Positions 8,980 to 17,848 of a stretch of DNA of 64,000 nucleotides are shown one piece after another. The stretch comes from an uncultured delta proteobacterium. Its GTDB lineage: Bacteria > Desulfobacterota > Desulfomonilia > UBA1062. The position numbers and the translations under genes were made by a program. Numbering within the stretch: the first letter of the stretch is position 1; each line of letters starts with the position of its first letter. The notes beneath the pieces are model-generated. The model ran no database searches. It had not been told where the DNA came from and saw only the letters and a list, made by a program, of their open reading frames with translations. The stretch lies in assembly GCA_963752595.1 (NCBI GenBank), contig CAVVYZ010000002.1:64001-128000 (forward strand), read 5' to 3'.

Positions 8980-10323
8980 TTATACATGCCCCTGCGGAGA
9001 AGGAAGCTGAAGCTCTGCACAGGGTTTCCCCTTATCAGCCGCGCCCCGGCAAGCTACCATGCCATTGATACCTTTGTCCTTGTGGGTGAAATCGATTGCC
9101 ATGATGTCCCGTGTCCTCCTCACGACTCGGCCCCGGGCCATGACATACCCTTCCTTGCCGTCTCCCGAGAGGTTGATGCTGAGATACCTGCCTTTCGGAC
9201 AGGGGTGTGCAGTGGAGAGCAGCAGCCCGTTTTCGCTGATATCGATCAGGCGCCCCGTCGTCTCCGATGCATCTCCCTGGGCTTTATATACCACATCGAT
9301 GAGAAGCGGATACCTCCGGGACTTTCGTCTCTCCTGGATGCTCCAGGCCATCCGGATAGAATCGATCTCTTCTTTTATGGCATCGCCGATCGGTGTATAT
9401 GCCATCCCCAGCTCCTTCTGCGACCTGCTGCCGTCTGCCATGAGGCTGTTCTGCAAGGTCATAAGATATTCGGGAGACATTCCCTGGAATGGAGGCCTGT
9501 TCAGGACCCTCGCCACTAGGGCGGAAGCGCCGGCCACGAACATGGCCAGAGAGTCGGGCAGGATTACCCTGGCAGTTTTGGATCCTATGACCTCTGATAC
9601 GGCTGCCAACAGGCGGCGTGTGGATATGCGTTCATGGGCAATGAAGTAACGTTTGCCCACAGCGCCGTCGAGGGTTAGGACCCTTGAAATAGCCTCTGCC
9701 ACATCCTGGACATGGATATAGGTATGGGCCGAATTCATCGATGACCTGGAAAAGAGCGAGTAGCTCATGATCCTTCTGACGGGGGATATGCGGTTTCTGT
9801 TTCTCCCCGGCCCGAGGACCACGGCCGGATAGCATACCGTCAGCGGAAGGCCCTTCTTGTAATGAAGGACCCATGCGATCCGCTCAGCCTCATATTTGCT
9901 CCGGGCCAGTTCGCTGAACCGCTGCGGCCCGATCGTGCTCTCCTCGTTGAACTTGGCCTGTGCCGGTTTGCCGTAGACATACAGCGGGCTCACATGGATC
10001 ACCCGGGAAATACCCGTCTCCAGAGCGCACTCCATGACGTTTCGTGTGCCGTTCACATTGACCTCGGCATAAATCTTTTTATGGGACTCCCAGAAGGATG
10101 ATGTTCCTGCCAGGTGGATAAGGGCTTCACATCCCGACATCCCGGGGAGAATGGTTTTTCTGTCTCTCACATCTCCCCAGACAAGATCGACGTCGAGTTT
10201 TTCCAACTCCTGAATATGGCTTGTCTTCCTGACGAGGCACACCAGTTGGTGGCCTTGCTTGACCAGGAGCCTCGCGGCATGGGTGCCTATGAAGCCCGTA
10301 GCGCCTGTGATAAAGATTTTCAT
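8980..10323 (-). CDS. NAD-dependent epimerase/dehydratase (HpnA-like extended SDR) fused to a C-terminal PilZ domain
   Basis: 'ITGATGFIG', 'NVNGTRNV'; C-terminal 'ERRKSRR...DISENG' match the PilZ RxxxR and DxSxxG motifs. Confidence 0.85.
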   Translation of the reverse strand: MKIFITGATGFIGTHAARLLVKQGHQLVCLVRKTSHIQELEKLDVDLVWGDVRDRKTILPGMSGCEALIHLAGTSSFWESHKKIYAEVNVNGTRNVMECALETGISRVIHVSPLYVYGKPAQAKFNEESTIGPQRFSELARSKYEAERIAWVLHYKKGLPLTVCYPAVVLGPGRNRNRISPVRRIMSYSLFSRSSMNSAHTYIHVQDVAEAISRVLTLDGAVGKRYFIAHERISTRRLLAAVSEVIGSKTARVILPDSLAMFVAGASALVARVLNRPPFQGMSPEYLMTLQNSLMADGSRSQKELGMAYTPIGDAIKEEIDSIRMAWSIQERRKSRRYPLLIDVVYKAQGDASETTGRLIDISENGLLLSTAHPCPKGRYLSINLSGDGKEGYVMARGRVVRRTRDIMAIDFTHKDKGINGMVACRGAADKGKPCAELQLPSPQGHV

Positions 10324-10528
10324 CCGATCCCTCCAAACAATGAAATTAAAACAATTCAGCGAGAGATCTTCCCCTGCGGAAGCCCCTCTGCACAGGGTGA
10401 CTGCCGGGAAAGAACTGTCTTAATAATATCATACTATGAAGAAAAATCAAGGGCTTGAATATTATTTCAGCCAGATGGAGGGATTTTCAAGGACAGATCA
10501 AAGAGAGGTTTCTGCCGGTGCGAATTGA

Positions 10529-10811
10529 TCACACCTCAACCGACATCCCGTCTCATACGCACATTCGAACTCGATGGATCCGCACCGCTGAAGCATGGAA
10601 TCTCCCAGATGGGTGAGAATTAATTTTTTGCAATCGGGTTCACGGCGGTGTTCCATGAGGGTGAGGTAGTTGAGGTGATTGCCGGCATATCTCTCGTATT
10701 CGAAGGTCTCGCAGATGAAGAGGTCGCAAGGATGCTGCTCCGGAGCCTGCCGCCGCTTCCGAATGCATCCCCGGAACCGAGAAACAGGACCTTGACAGAA
10801 CCCGCATCCAT
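10529..10811 (-). pseudogene. MBL-fold metallohydrolase remnant with large internal deletion
   Basis: N-terminus 'VLFLGSGDAFGSGGR' joins out of frame to C-terminal 'DLFICETF...HLNY...KLILTHLG'; the HxHxDH core is absent. Confidence 0.7.
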
Positions 10812-10815
10812 GGCT

Positions 10816-13227
10816 CTAGAAAACCTTCTTGAGCGCGTCCTTCAGCTCTTCGGCGGTATAGGGCTTGGCGACGGCACCACTGAAGCCGAATTCCCGGTAG
10901 TTCTCCAGGAGGTTCTCTTCTGCGTAGCCGCTCGACACAATGCCGATCACTCCCGGATCTATCTCCTTGAGCTTCTTCATGGTCTCGGCACCGCCCATGC
11001 CGTTATCGACCGTAAGGTCGAGAATCACTACGTCGAAGGAGCGGCCGGAGCGTTTTGCCTCGATAAACTTCTCGATGGCCTCCTCGCCGTTTTTCGATGA
11101 CTCCACCTGGTACCCCAGGTGCTCAAGGATCTCGGAAGCAGCGTCCCTGATCATCTCTTCGTCGTCCATGGTGAGGATGGACTCCCGGGAGGCGCTTGCA
11201 TGAGGTTGAGCAGCCTCTTCCATCCCCGTTTCCTTAATGCTTGCCGGCAGGTAGATGCTGAATACGCTCCCTGAACCGACATTTGACTCCACAACGATAT
11301 AGCCGCCATGCTTCTTTATGATGGAATAGGCGGTCGTCAGCCCGAGCCCCATTCCTTTCTGTGTGCCTTTGCCCTTGGTCGAAAAGTAAGGATCGAAGAT
11401 CTTATCCTTGATTTCTTCAGGGATTCCTGTCCCCTGATCACGGATGTCGATGACCACATACGGGCCTTGTTTTACGAATTTCGGATGTTCGGTGTTGTCC
11501 TGGCCGATGGTGGTATTTTTTGCGGCTATGGTGATCCGTCCGTCCCCATGCATGGCTTCCCTGGCATTCATGATGATGTTATGGAAGGCATGCATGATCT
11601 GATTCTGGTCGAATTCGACCATCCAGAGGCCGTCCGGAATATCGTACATGCAGGTGATATGCGTTCCCGAGAGTGCGAGATTTACCGCATCCGAAACGAG
11701 CGGCACCAGGGGGGCATTTTTCTTGTTCGAGAGCCCGCCCTTAGCGAGGGTCAGGAACTGCCTGATGAGATCACGGGAACGGGTACATGCCTCGATGGCC
11801 TTTACCAGCCTTTTATTTGCAGGATGATCCTGGGTAATGTGGAACTGCGCAAGCTCGATGTTGCCCAGAATCGTTGCGAGGAGATTATTGAAATCATGGG
11901 CGATGCCGCCGGCAAGCGTGCTGATGGATTCGAGCTTGCTCACCTTGATGTTCTCCTCTTCCTTTATCTTGCGATCCGTAATGTCGCGGGAAACGGCAGC
12001 CACACCCGAGACGGAGCCGTCCGGCTCAAAGAACGGATAATAGCTCAGGAGGCTGTACCGGCTCCCCCATCCCGGATAGTCGAACCATTCTTCATGATGG
12101 ATCTCTTTCCCTTCAAGGGCATTGTCCAGGTGTTTCTTCATCTTTCCGTCGAATACGTCCGGGCCGACGATTTCCGCGACGCTTCGCCCGATGAAATCCT
12201 TGCGCGTTTTGTTGAATGCGGAGAGATAGGCGTCATTGACTGCCTGGAATATATAATTTCCGTCGATGAAGGACATGGGGTTGTGGACCGTGGCGATGAT
12301 GAGTTCATACTTGTGCAGCAGTTCCTCTGCCTTGGTCCTGTTGATAACATCGCCGATCCTTCCTGCGACCGTCTCCAGGGCAATCCTCGAAGTAACGGGA
12401 ATCTTGTCGAAGTCGCGGGAGATCAGGCTTAAAGAAGCTATTACGGAGCCTTCGGATTTTATGGGGATGATCGCAACCCCCCGGATATCATCCGGCGGGA
12501 GTGAAACCCGGAACCTCTTCGAGGCTTCCTGATTGCTCCAGTACAGGGGACGACCCTCTCTGATGAGGAGTACCTGAGGGGACCAGGCATCAAGGTGGGT
12601 CAGGGGTTTCACGAGATTGTCGGGCATGCCCTTCTGTACGACAAGGTCCATTCCCCCTGTGCGTTCCTGGAGTATATAGACACCCCCTGCATCGACTCCC
12701 TCCACCGCCAGGACCGCATCCAGGATGCGGGAAAGCAGCTCGCGAAGCTCCAGGGAAGAGCTCAGGACAAGGCCCAGATCGCGCTGGAAGCGAAGCAGGT
12801 CTTCTATCTGTTTGTGAGGGGTAATGTCCCGGGCAAGGATGGCTATCTCTTCGGGCCTTCTGCCTTCCTGGGAGACCGGATAGAGCATGATGTCATACCA
12901 TATCTGATCCTGTTTATATTCGAACTGCAGGGACTCACCGGAAGAGAACACCTTTTCGGCCTGTTCTTTCCTGAATTGCGATGAATCCGGAGGAAAGTAG
13001 TTCCAGAGACAGGTTCCGATGAATTCCTCATGGTGTATGCCGAGATAGCTTGAGACAACCTCGTTTGCATCCTGAACCGTTCCCTGTTCGTCGATGAGGA
13101 TGAAGAAATCTGTCTGAGCATCGAGGATTGCCCGGATGACGCCGAGATTATGCCGCATCTTGCTGTTTTCCGTTTGCAGTTCCCTGAGATGGTTCTCGGA
13201 ATCTCCCCGGGCTGCTTTTTCAAACAT
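10816..13227 (-). CDS. Cytoplasmic hybrid sensor histidine kinase (PAS-GAF-PAS-HisKA-HATPase-REC)
   Basis: 'AGGIAHDFNNLL', 'NIIMNAREA', 'DQGTGI', 'FDPYFSTK', 'GLGL', REC 'MDDE...ILDLT...KPY'. ATG 13227 follows AGGAG. Confidence 0.92.
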   Translation of the reverse strand: MFEKAARGDSENHLRELQTENSKMRHNLGVIRAILDAQTDFFILIDEQGTVQDANEVVSSYLGIHHEEFIGTCLWNYFPPDSSQFRKEQAEKVFSSGESLQFEYKQDQIWYDIMLYPVSQEGRRPEEIAILARDITPHKQIEDLLRFQRDLGLVLSSSLELRELLSRILDAVLAVEGVDAGGVYILQERTGGMDLVVQKGMPDNLVKPLTHLDAWSPQVLLIREGRPLYWSNQEASKRFRVSLPPDDIRGVAIIPIKSEGSVIASLSLISRDFDKIPVTSRIALETVAGRIGDVINRTKAEELLHKYELIIATVHNPMSFIDGNYIFQAVNDAYLSAFNKTRKDFIGRSVAEIVGPDVFDGKMKKHLDNALEGKEIHHEEWFDYPGWGSRYSLLSYYPFFEPDGSVSGVAAVSRDITDRKIKEEENIKVSKLESISTLAGGIAHDFNNLLATILGNIELAQFHITQDHPANKRLVKAIEACTRSRDLIRQFLTLAKGGLSNKKNAPLVPLVSDAVNLALSGTHITCMYDIPDGLWMVEFDQNQIMHAFHNIIMNAREAMHGDGRITIAAKNTTIGQDNTEHPKFVKQGPYVVIDIRDQGTGIPEEIKDKIFDPYFSTKGKGTQKGMGLGLTTAYSIIKKHGGYIVVESNVGSGSVFSIYLPASIKETGMEEAAQPHASASRESILTMDDEEMIRDAASEILEHLGYQVESSKNGEEAIEKFIEAKRSGRSFDVVILDLTVDNGMGGAETMKKLKEIDPGVIGIVSSGYAEENLLENYREFGFSGAVAKPYTAEELKDALKKVF

Positions 13228-13341
13228 GAACCGCTCTCCTTTTATGATCCTCACACACAGTTATGACGTATGTATGAGAGATTATCTCTGATGTGTCAAT
13301 ATCACATATCATAGAGCCTGTTCATGCTGTTTCAAACAGAT

Positions 13342-13367
13342 TATTCCCGGCAGCCCGGCTTTAGGGG
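13342..13367 (+). repeat. Imperfect direct repeat, left copy (flanks cassette copy 2)
   Basis: TATTCCCGGCAGCCCGGCTTTAGGGG; 23/26 identical to 14130-14155. Confidence 0.65.
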
Positions 13368-13561
13368 TCGCCCTTTTTCCCTCTCGCGACTCGCTTGCGG
13401 GTGCCCCGGGGGGAGAATACAGGAGAGGGGGTAAATGCTGATGCCGGCTTCAGGCAGAGGACGCCGATAGAAGAGAGGTCCAAGGAATAAAAATATGGAA
13501 AAGCGGCCCCGGAAGATGCCATATCCCCAAGGACCGCGAATGGTTGTTTTGCCGGGAAGGA

Positions 13562-13669
13562 CTATTTTACCCTGTCGGCGACAGGTTCTTTGAAAAGCAC
13601 TCTGGCGGCAAACCTGTATCCGATTCCGATGAAAGATACGATGCCGATGATGGTGAATATGAGTGTCAT
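13562..13669 (-). CDS. 35-aa single-TM microprotein (cassette copy 2)
   Basis: MTLIFTIIGIVSFIGIGYRFAARVLFKEPVADRVK; AGGAG/AAGGA RBS; paralog of 6086-6193. Confidence 0.75.
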   Translation of the reverse strand: MTLIFTIIGIVSFIGIGYRFAARVLFKEPVADRVK

Positions 13670-13682
13670 GGTCCTTTTCTCC

Positions 13683-13859
13683 TTAAAACATCTGGGCAAT
13701 CATTTGTCTTGCCGGCCCGGAATTGATGCCTATCAGCATAACGATAAGTATGAATACGGCGGTTGCCTCGGCAGGGGTGAGCCCCAGAACTTTGTACGTA
13801 AACCTGATCCCGATCCCTGTCATGAACAAGCATCCGATAATAATCCAAAGGGTAACCAT
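13683..13859 (-). CDS. 58-aa two-TM microprotein (cassette copy 2)
   Basis: MVTLWIIIGCLFMTGIGIRFTYKVLGLTPAEATAVFILIVMLIGINSGPARQMIAQMF; GAGGAG RBS; paralog of 6461-6637. Confidence 0.85.
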   Translation of the reverse strand: MVTLWIIIGCLFMTGIGIRFTYKVLGLTPAEATAVFILIVMLIGINSGPARQMIAQMF

Positions 13860-13898
13860 CTTCTATCTCCTCTCATGTGTTTATGCGTCCTCACATTG

Positions 13899-13914
13899 AG
13901 CAAGGAGAATGCCA
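13899..13914 (-). promoter_or_regulatory. Sigma54 (-24/-12) promoter, cassette copy 2
   Basis: TGGCATTCTCCTTGCT on the minus strand; canonical GG-N10-GC. Confidence 0.8.
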
Positions 13915-13977
13915 GGTGACCATCATTTGTAACTTAATGAAAATTAAAGATAAATAAACATTGCAGAAAATGATGAA

Positions 13978-14071
13978 TGACAAATTGACAATATGGGATC
14001 AAATTACTTCGAGGTTTTTGTCAAGTTGGCAAAAATACGGAGTGCAGCCTGAAATATGTGACAACTTGGCA
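13978..14071. promoter_or_regulatory. Three phased TGnCA-N3-TGnCA boxes (putative UAS)
   Basis: TGACAAATTGACA 13978, TGTCAAGTTGGCA 14019, TGACAACTTGGCA 14059; spacing 41 and 40 bp. Confidence 0.7.
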
Positions 14072-14129
14072 AATCTTATTTAAACAGGCAGTGAACCATG
14101 GCCATCCGGAAATCTGAATTCTATCAGGA

Positions 14130-14155
14130 TATTCCCGGCAGCTTGGCTTAAGGGG
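14130..14155 (+). repeat. Imperfect direct repeat, right copy
   Basis: TATTCCCGGCAGCTTGGCTTAAGGGG; matches 13342-13367. Confidence 0.65.
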
Positions 14156-14159
14156 CACT

Positions 14160-14876
14160 TCACTGGGTCAGCTCGAAGGTAACGCTCACAAAAGACTCGA
14201 AAGTAATCTGGCCGGGGACAATAGGTGTGCCTACGCCTTCGACCTGCATGGTTTGCTCGGTGCCCGGTTCAGCGTTATTAGGGACATACTGGATGTATTT
14301 GATTCTTCTCACGCCCAGTCCTGCCGCTTTTGCAAGCCTCTTTGCATAATCGACAGCATTCTCAAGGGCTTTTTCCGCTGCCTGTTTCCGGAGTTGGTCT
14401 TTGTCGGTCCGGTGAAAGGTGAGTGAACCCACACGGGTTGCTCCTGCACCGACAGCAGTATCGATGGCGGATCCCAGACGTTCTATCCTCGATGTTTGTA
14501 TAAAGATAGAATTGTTCACCCGGTAGCTCCTGGGAACAATCCGGTTTGATTTCTCGAAGAGCTCCTTGTCTCTTTCATACAGAGGTTGAATGGTATAGTT
14601 CGAAGTGGATACCGTGATATCCTTGTTCAGGAGTCTTCTCAATGCGGTTATCACCTTGCCGGAGAGCTCTGCATTCTTCCTGATGGCCGACTCAGCCCTG
14701 GCTTCGGAGTTCTCTACGGAAAAAATTATGGTTGCCAGGTTCGGGGGTGCGGTGATCACGGCCTGCCCGGTTACGTCAATGATAGGTGCAAAGCCCCTAT
14801 CCTGTGCGCCCGAGAAAGCAGGTATCGACACTATGAAAAGTATCATGCCGGCGCATAGTGCAAACCCTCTTCCCAT
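14160..14876 (-). CDS. SIMPL/DUF541 periplasmic protein
   Basis: Signal peptide, 'IDVTGQAVITAPP', 'YRVNNSI', 'AEKALENA...AKRLA', 'PGQITFESFVSVTFEL'. Confidence 0.85.
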   Translation of the reverse strand: MGRGFALCAGMILFIVSIPAFSGAQDRGFAPIIDVTGQAVITAPPNLATIIFSVENSEARAESAIRKNAELSGKVITALRRLLNKDITVSTSNYTIQPLYERDKELFEKSNRIVPRSYRVNNSIFIQTSRIERLGSAIDTAVGAGATRVGSLTFHRTDKDQLRKQAAEKALENAVDYAKRLAKAAGLGVRRIKYIQYVPNNAEPGTEQTMQVEGVGTPIVPGQITFESFVSVTFELTQ

Positions 14877-15333
14877 ACATCCCTCCGCCGCTGGAGAACT
14901 TGAACTCCCTCCATGGGAAAGCCCTTTTACGGCAAAAAAGCTTGTTTCCCATACCTTATCATTGTCCTGCTATCATATTATAAGAGGAATAAAATCGTTT
15001 TCATCCGGCAGATTGCCTTCCTGTGTGACGGGTGACGTTCAGCGTATTTTACCACGGTAAAAGTATTACTCTCCTTTGGATATAGCCGATATTCTTCTTC
15101 CTTGATTCCCGGATAAATCTCTGAAGTATCATCTTGCCTATCCCTTTGCGAATATGCTCCGGAAGGATGAAATGGAAAGGAAGGGAGCCCGGTACGGATT
15201 ATGGTCAAAGCACCATACTATGGTCGGATATTCTATGGCGGGCTTGGGGGAAATACCTTGAAAACAAAGGAACCTCATTTTGCCCATTGAGTGATTCCAA
15301 TAACTTGCATTAGACGGTGAATTTTACAGATTC

Positions 15334-15349
15334 TGGCATGCATTTCGCT
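15334..15349 (+). promoter_or_regulatory. Sigma54 promoter for the CoA-transferase operon
   Basis: TGGCATGCATTTCGCT (GG-N10-GC), 45 nt upstream of ATG 15394. Confidence 0.65.
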
Positions 15350-15393
15350 TTATGTGGTTGATCAAGTAAAAAAGCAAGATGTGGAGGATATGT

Positions 15394-16485
15394 ATGGCAG
15401 TTTTCGATTACAACAAGGAAGCTCTTGCGAACCTCAAGATAGAGGATACGAGCATCCTGGACAGACTCGTCGACTTCGAGGCGGCAAGAAAGGTTCATCT
15501 GAACAAGGAAAGGGCAAAGAAGGACAAACGTATGTCTCTCAAAGAGGCTGTCGCTGAGTTCGTGAGTGACGGCGATGTTGTCCTGGACACCGGGTTCGGA
15601 TATGTGCGGACATGTATCCAGAGCCATTTCGAGATTTGCCGCCAGGAGAAGAAGAATCTGCAGATGATAGGCGCCCCGAACACGAATCAGAGCTATATGA
15701 GCTTTGCCGGCTGTGTATACTACTCCCACAGTTCCTACACAGGCGCAGAGATGCGGGGCACTGACAAGAATTACAAGAGGATGATGCTGAGCGGGAAGCT
15801 CAAAGTCGTGTCCGAATGGAGTCACGGAGGCGTGGGCCAGGGGCTCAAGGCTGCACAGCTCGGGTGTCCCGGCGTTTTGAGCAAACAAATGCTGGCTTCA
15901 GATATTGTCAGGTACAACCCGTACCTCAACGTGATCCAGAATCCCATGAGGCAGGATCCGGACCCGGTTGTCTTCATCCCTGCCCTCTACCCGGATATCG
16001 TCTTCATCCATGCACAGGTTGCGGATAAGTACGGCAATGCATGGCTCTACGGTCCTACGGTGAACGATGTGGCCGGTGCTGCGGCTGCCAAGAAGGTGGT
16101 CATCACTGCAGAGGAGATCGTTCCCGAAATGGATATCCGAAACAACCGGAAAGGCACCATCATCCCGTTTTTCTATGCCAATGCAGTAGTGGAGTTGCCC
16201 TATGGGGCACTTCCTGGAAGTATGCCCGGTTACTATTACTGGCCGCGCCAGTGGTGGGAAAAGCTTATGCGTTTTGGCGGAGCGAGTGACGAGAACATGA
16301 AGAAGTTTGTCGACGAGTGGATTTTCGGCACCAAGGACCAGATGGAGTTCGTGGAAAAACTCGGCGGCGCCAAGTGGATGATCGAGGCGAGACGACAGAC
16401 AAAGGCTGCCGAGGGAGACAACGAGGATATCGATTTTGCATACCAGGAATACCGGACGGATAACGACCCTGGTATCTACTATTGA
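15394..16485 (+). CDS. Family I CoA-transferase subunit A (glutaconate CoA-transferase GctA-like)
   Basis: 'KRMSLKEAVAEFVSDGD', 'PALYPDIVFIHAQVADKYGNA', 'VVITAEEIV', 'PYGALP'; GGAGG RBS. Confidence 0.88.
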   Translation: MAVFDYNKEALANLKIEDTSILDRLVDFEAARKVHLNKERAKKDKRMSLKEAVAEFVSDGDVVLDTGFGYVRTCIQSHFEICRQEKKNLQMIGAPNTNQSYMSFAGCVYYSHSSYTGAEMRGTDKNYKRMMLSGKLKVVSEWSHGGVGQGLKAAQLGCPGVLSKQMLASDIVRYNPYLNVIQNPMRQDPDPVVFIPALYPDIVFIHAQVADKYGNAWLYGPTVNDVAGAAAAKKVVITAEEIVPEMDIRNNRKGTIIPFFYANAVVELPYGALPGSMPGYYYWPRQWWEKLMRFGGASDENMKKFVDEWIFGTKDQMEFVEKLGGAKWMIEARRQTKAAEGDNEDIDFAYQEYRTDNDPGIYY

Positions 16486-16515
16486 TGCCGATCGACACGA
16501 AAGGAGGAATATGAC

Positions 16516-17304
16516 ATGGAAAAAGACGCTCCGGCAAACGTATTGGAGATATTGGCATATATCATAGCAGCACAGATCAAGGACCACACGATCGTATATG
16601 TGGGGACAGGCCTTCCCATGGTGGCAGGGATCCTTGCACGCAACACCCACGCACCGAACATCACCATGGTCTATGAATCGGGCGGGCAGGACCCCCTGCC
16701 GGGGGACATGCCCTGGTCGGTGGGTGGGCCGTTCACCTGGCGGAAATCCCCCATGATCCAGGAAATGCCTTATTCGTTCGGTCAGGTCTATAACGGCTAC
16801 GTGGACATCGCCTTCTTGGGATTTGCCCAGGTGGACATGTACGGCAACGTGAACACGCATATGATCGGGGACGATTTTCACAAGCCCAAGGCCCGTCTTA
16901 CCGGATCGGGCGGCAACAACGACCTCACCTCGCTCGCGGAGAGCATGGTCATCGTGGGCCTGCAGACACCGGACAAGTTCCCGGAAAAAGTGGATTTCAT
17001 CACCTCTGTCGGCCACTTAACGGGCGGCAATTCCCGGAAGGAGGCAGGGCTCCTCGGGAACGGACCGGTAGCGGTCATCTCCCAGTGCGGGGTATTCGAT
17101 TTCGAGCCCGTCACCAAGAGGATGCGGGTAAAAACTCTGCACCCGGGAATGACCTTCGAGATCGCCCAGGCGTGTACCGGCTTCGAGCTTCTGAAACCTG
17201 AAGGTGAGATCCCCCTGACCCCCATGCCGTCACCCGAAGTGATCCATATCCTCAGGACGAAAGTCGATCCAAGAGGTGTATTTACATCGTTTCCGCCCGC
17301 TTAA
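16516..17304 (+). CDS. Family I CoA-transferase subunit B (GctB-like)
   Basis: 'VGTGLP', 'YESG' (catalytic Glu position), 'AQVDMYGNVN', 'GSGGNND'. Confidence 0.88.
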   Translation: MEKDAPANVLEILAYIIAAQIKDHTIVYVGTGLPMVAGILARNTHAPNITMVYESGGQDPLPGDMPWSVGGPFTWRKSPMIQEMPYSFGQVYNGYVDIAFLGFAQVDMYGNVNTHMIGDDFHKPKARLTGSGGNNDLTSLAESMVIVGLQTPDKFPEKVDFITSVGHLTGGNSRKEAGLLGNGPVAVISQCGVFDFEPVTKRMRVKTLHPGMTFEIAQACTGFELLKPEGEIPLTPMPSPEVIHILRTKVDPRGVFTSFPPA

Positions 17305-17318
17305 AGGCCCCCACAGAA

Positions 17319-17349
17319 GAGGGTGCCCCTCGTACACCGGGGCACCCTC
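17319..17349. terminator. Hairpin between convergent genes
   Basis: GAGGGTGCCCC...GGGGCACCCTC inverted repeat. Confidence 0.6.
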
Positions 17350-17380
17350 CGAGATTACACACGTCAGATACGAAGACTTC

Positions 17381-17848
17381 TCATGCAGGGGCATTGAGGA
17401 TAGCAGTCAGATTATCGAGAAAGCCCCGTTGGGCATCGATGATCTTTTCCCTGGCCGGTTCGAGGGGAAACCATTCCGCACGGTCGATCTCGGGAAATTC
17501 TGTTTTCCTTCCGGACCCCGGAGGCCATTCAAGGGTAAAGGTGTTGCTCTTTATGGAAAGCACGTCGAGGTCTCCTGCGAGGGCCCAGGCCGTAGCCAAT
17601 TTTCCGCCTTTCTGCTTCACCGTGCCCAGTTCCAGAAAAACGCCGTCTGCCCGGCAGCCTGTTTCTTCCTCGAATTCCCGGCGTGCAGCCGTGAGAGGAT
17701 CTTGGTCTTCCTGATATTCTCCTTTTGGGATGGACCATGTGCCCATGTCCCTTTTTGCCCAGAAAGGTCCGCCCGGATGGACAAGGAGGACCTCTATCGT
17801 ATCGTTTATGACGCGATACATGAGTAATCCGGCGCTCCTTTTCGGCAT
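17381..17848 (-). CDS. NUDIX hydrolase
   Basis: 'LLVHPGGPFW', Nudix box 'PKGE......AARREFEEETG'. Confidence 0.9.
   Translation of the reverse strand: MPKRSAGLLMYRVINDTIEVLLVHPGGPFWAKRDMGTWSIPKGEYQEDQDPLTAARREFEEETGCRADGVFLELGTVKQKGGKLATAWALAGDLDVLSIKSNTFTLEWPPGSGRKTEFPEIDRAEWFPLEPAREKIIDAQRGFLDNLTAILNAPA

Noticed and set aside
6377-13919. Similar plus-strand ORFs 6377-6712 and 13590-13919
   Set aside because: Antisense shadows of the duplicated minus-strand microprotein genes; RBSs and promoters support the minus strand.
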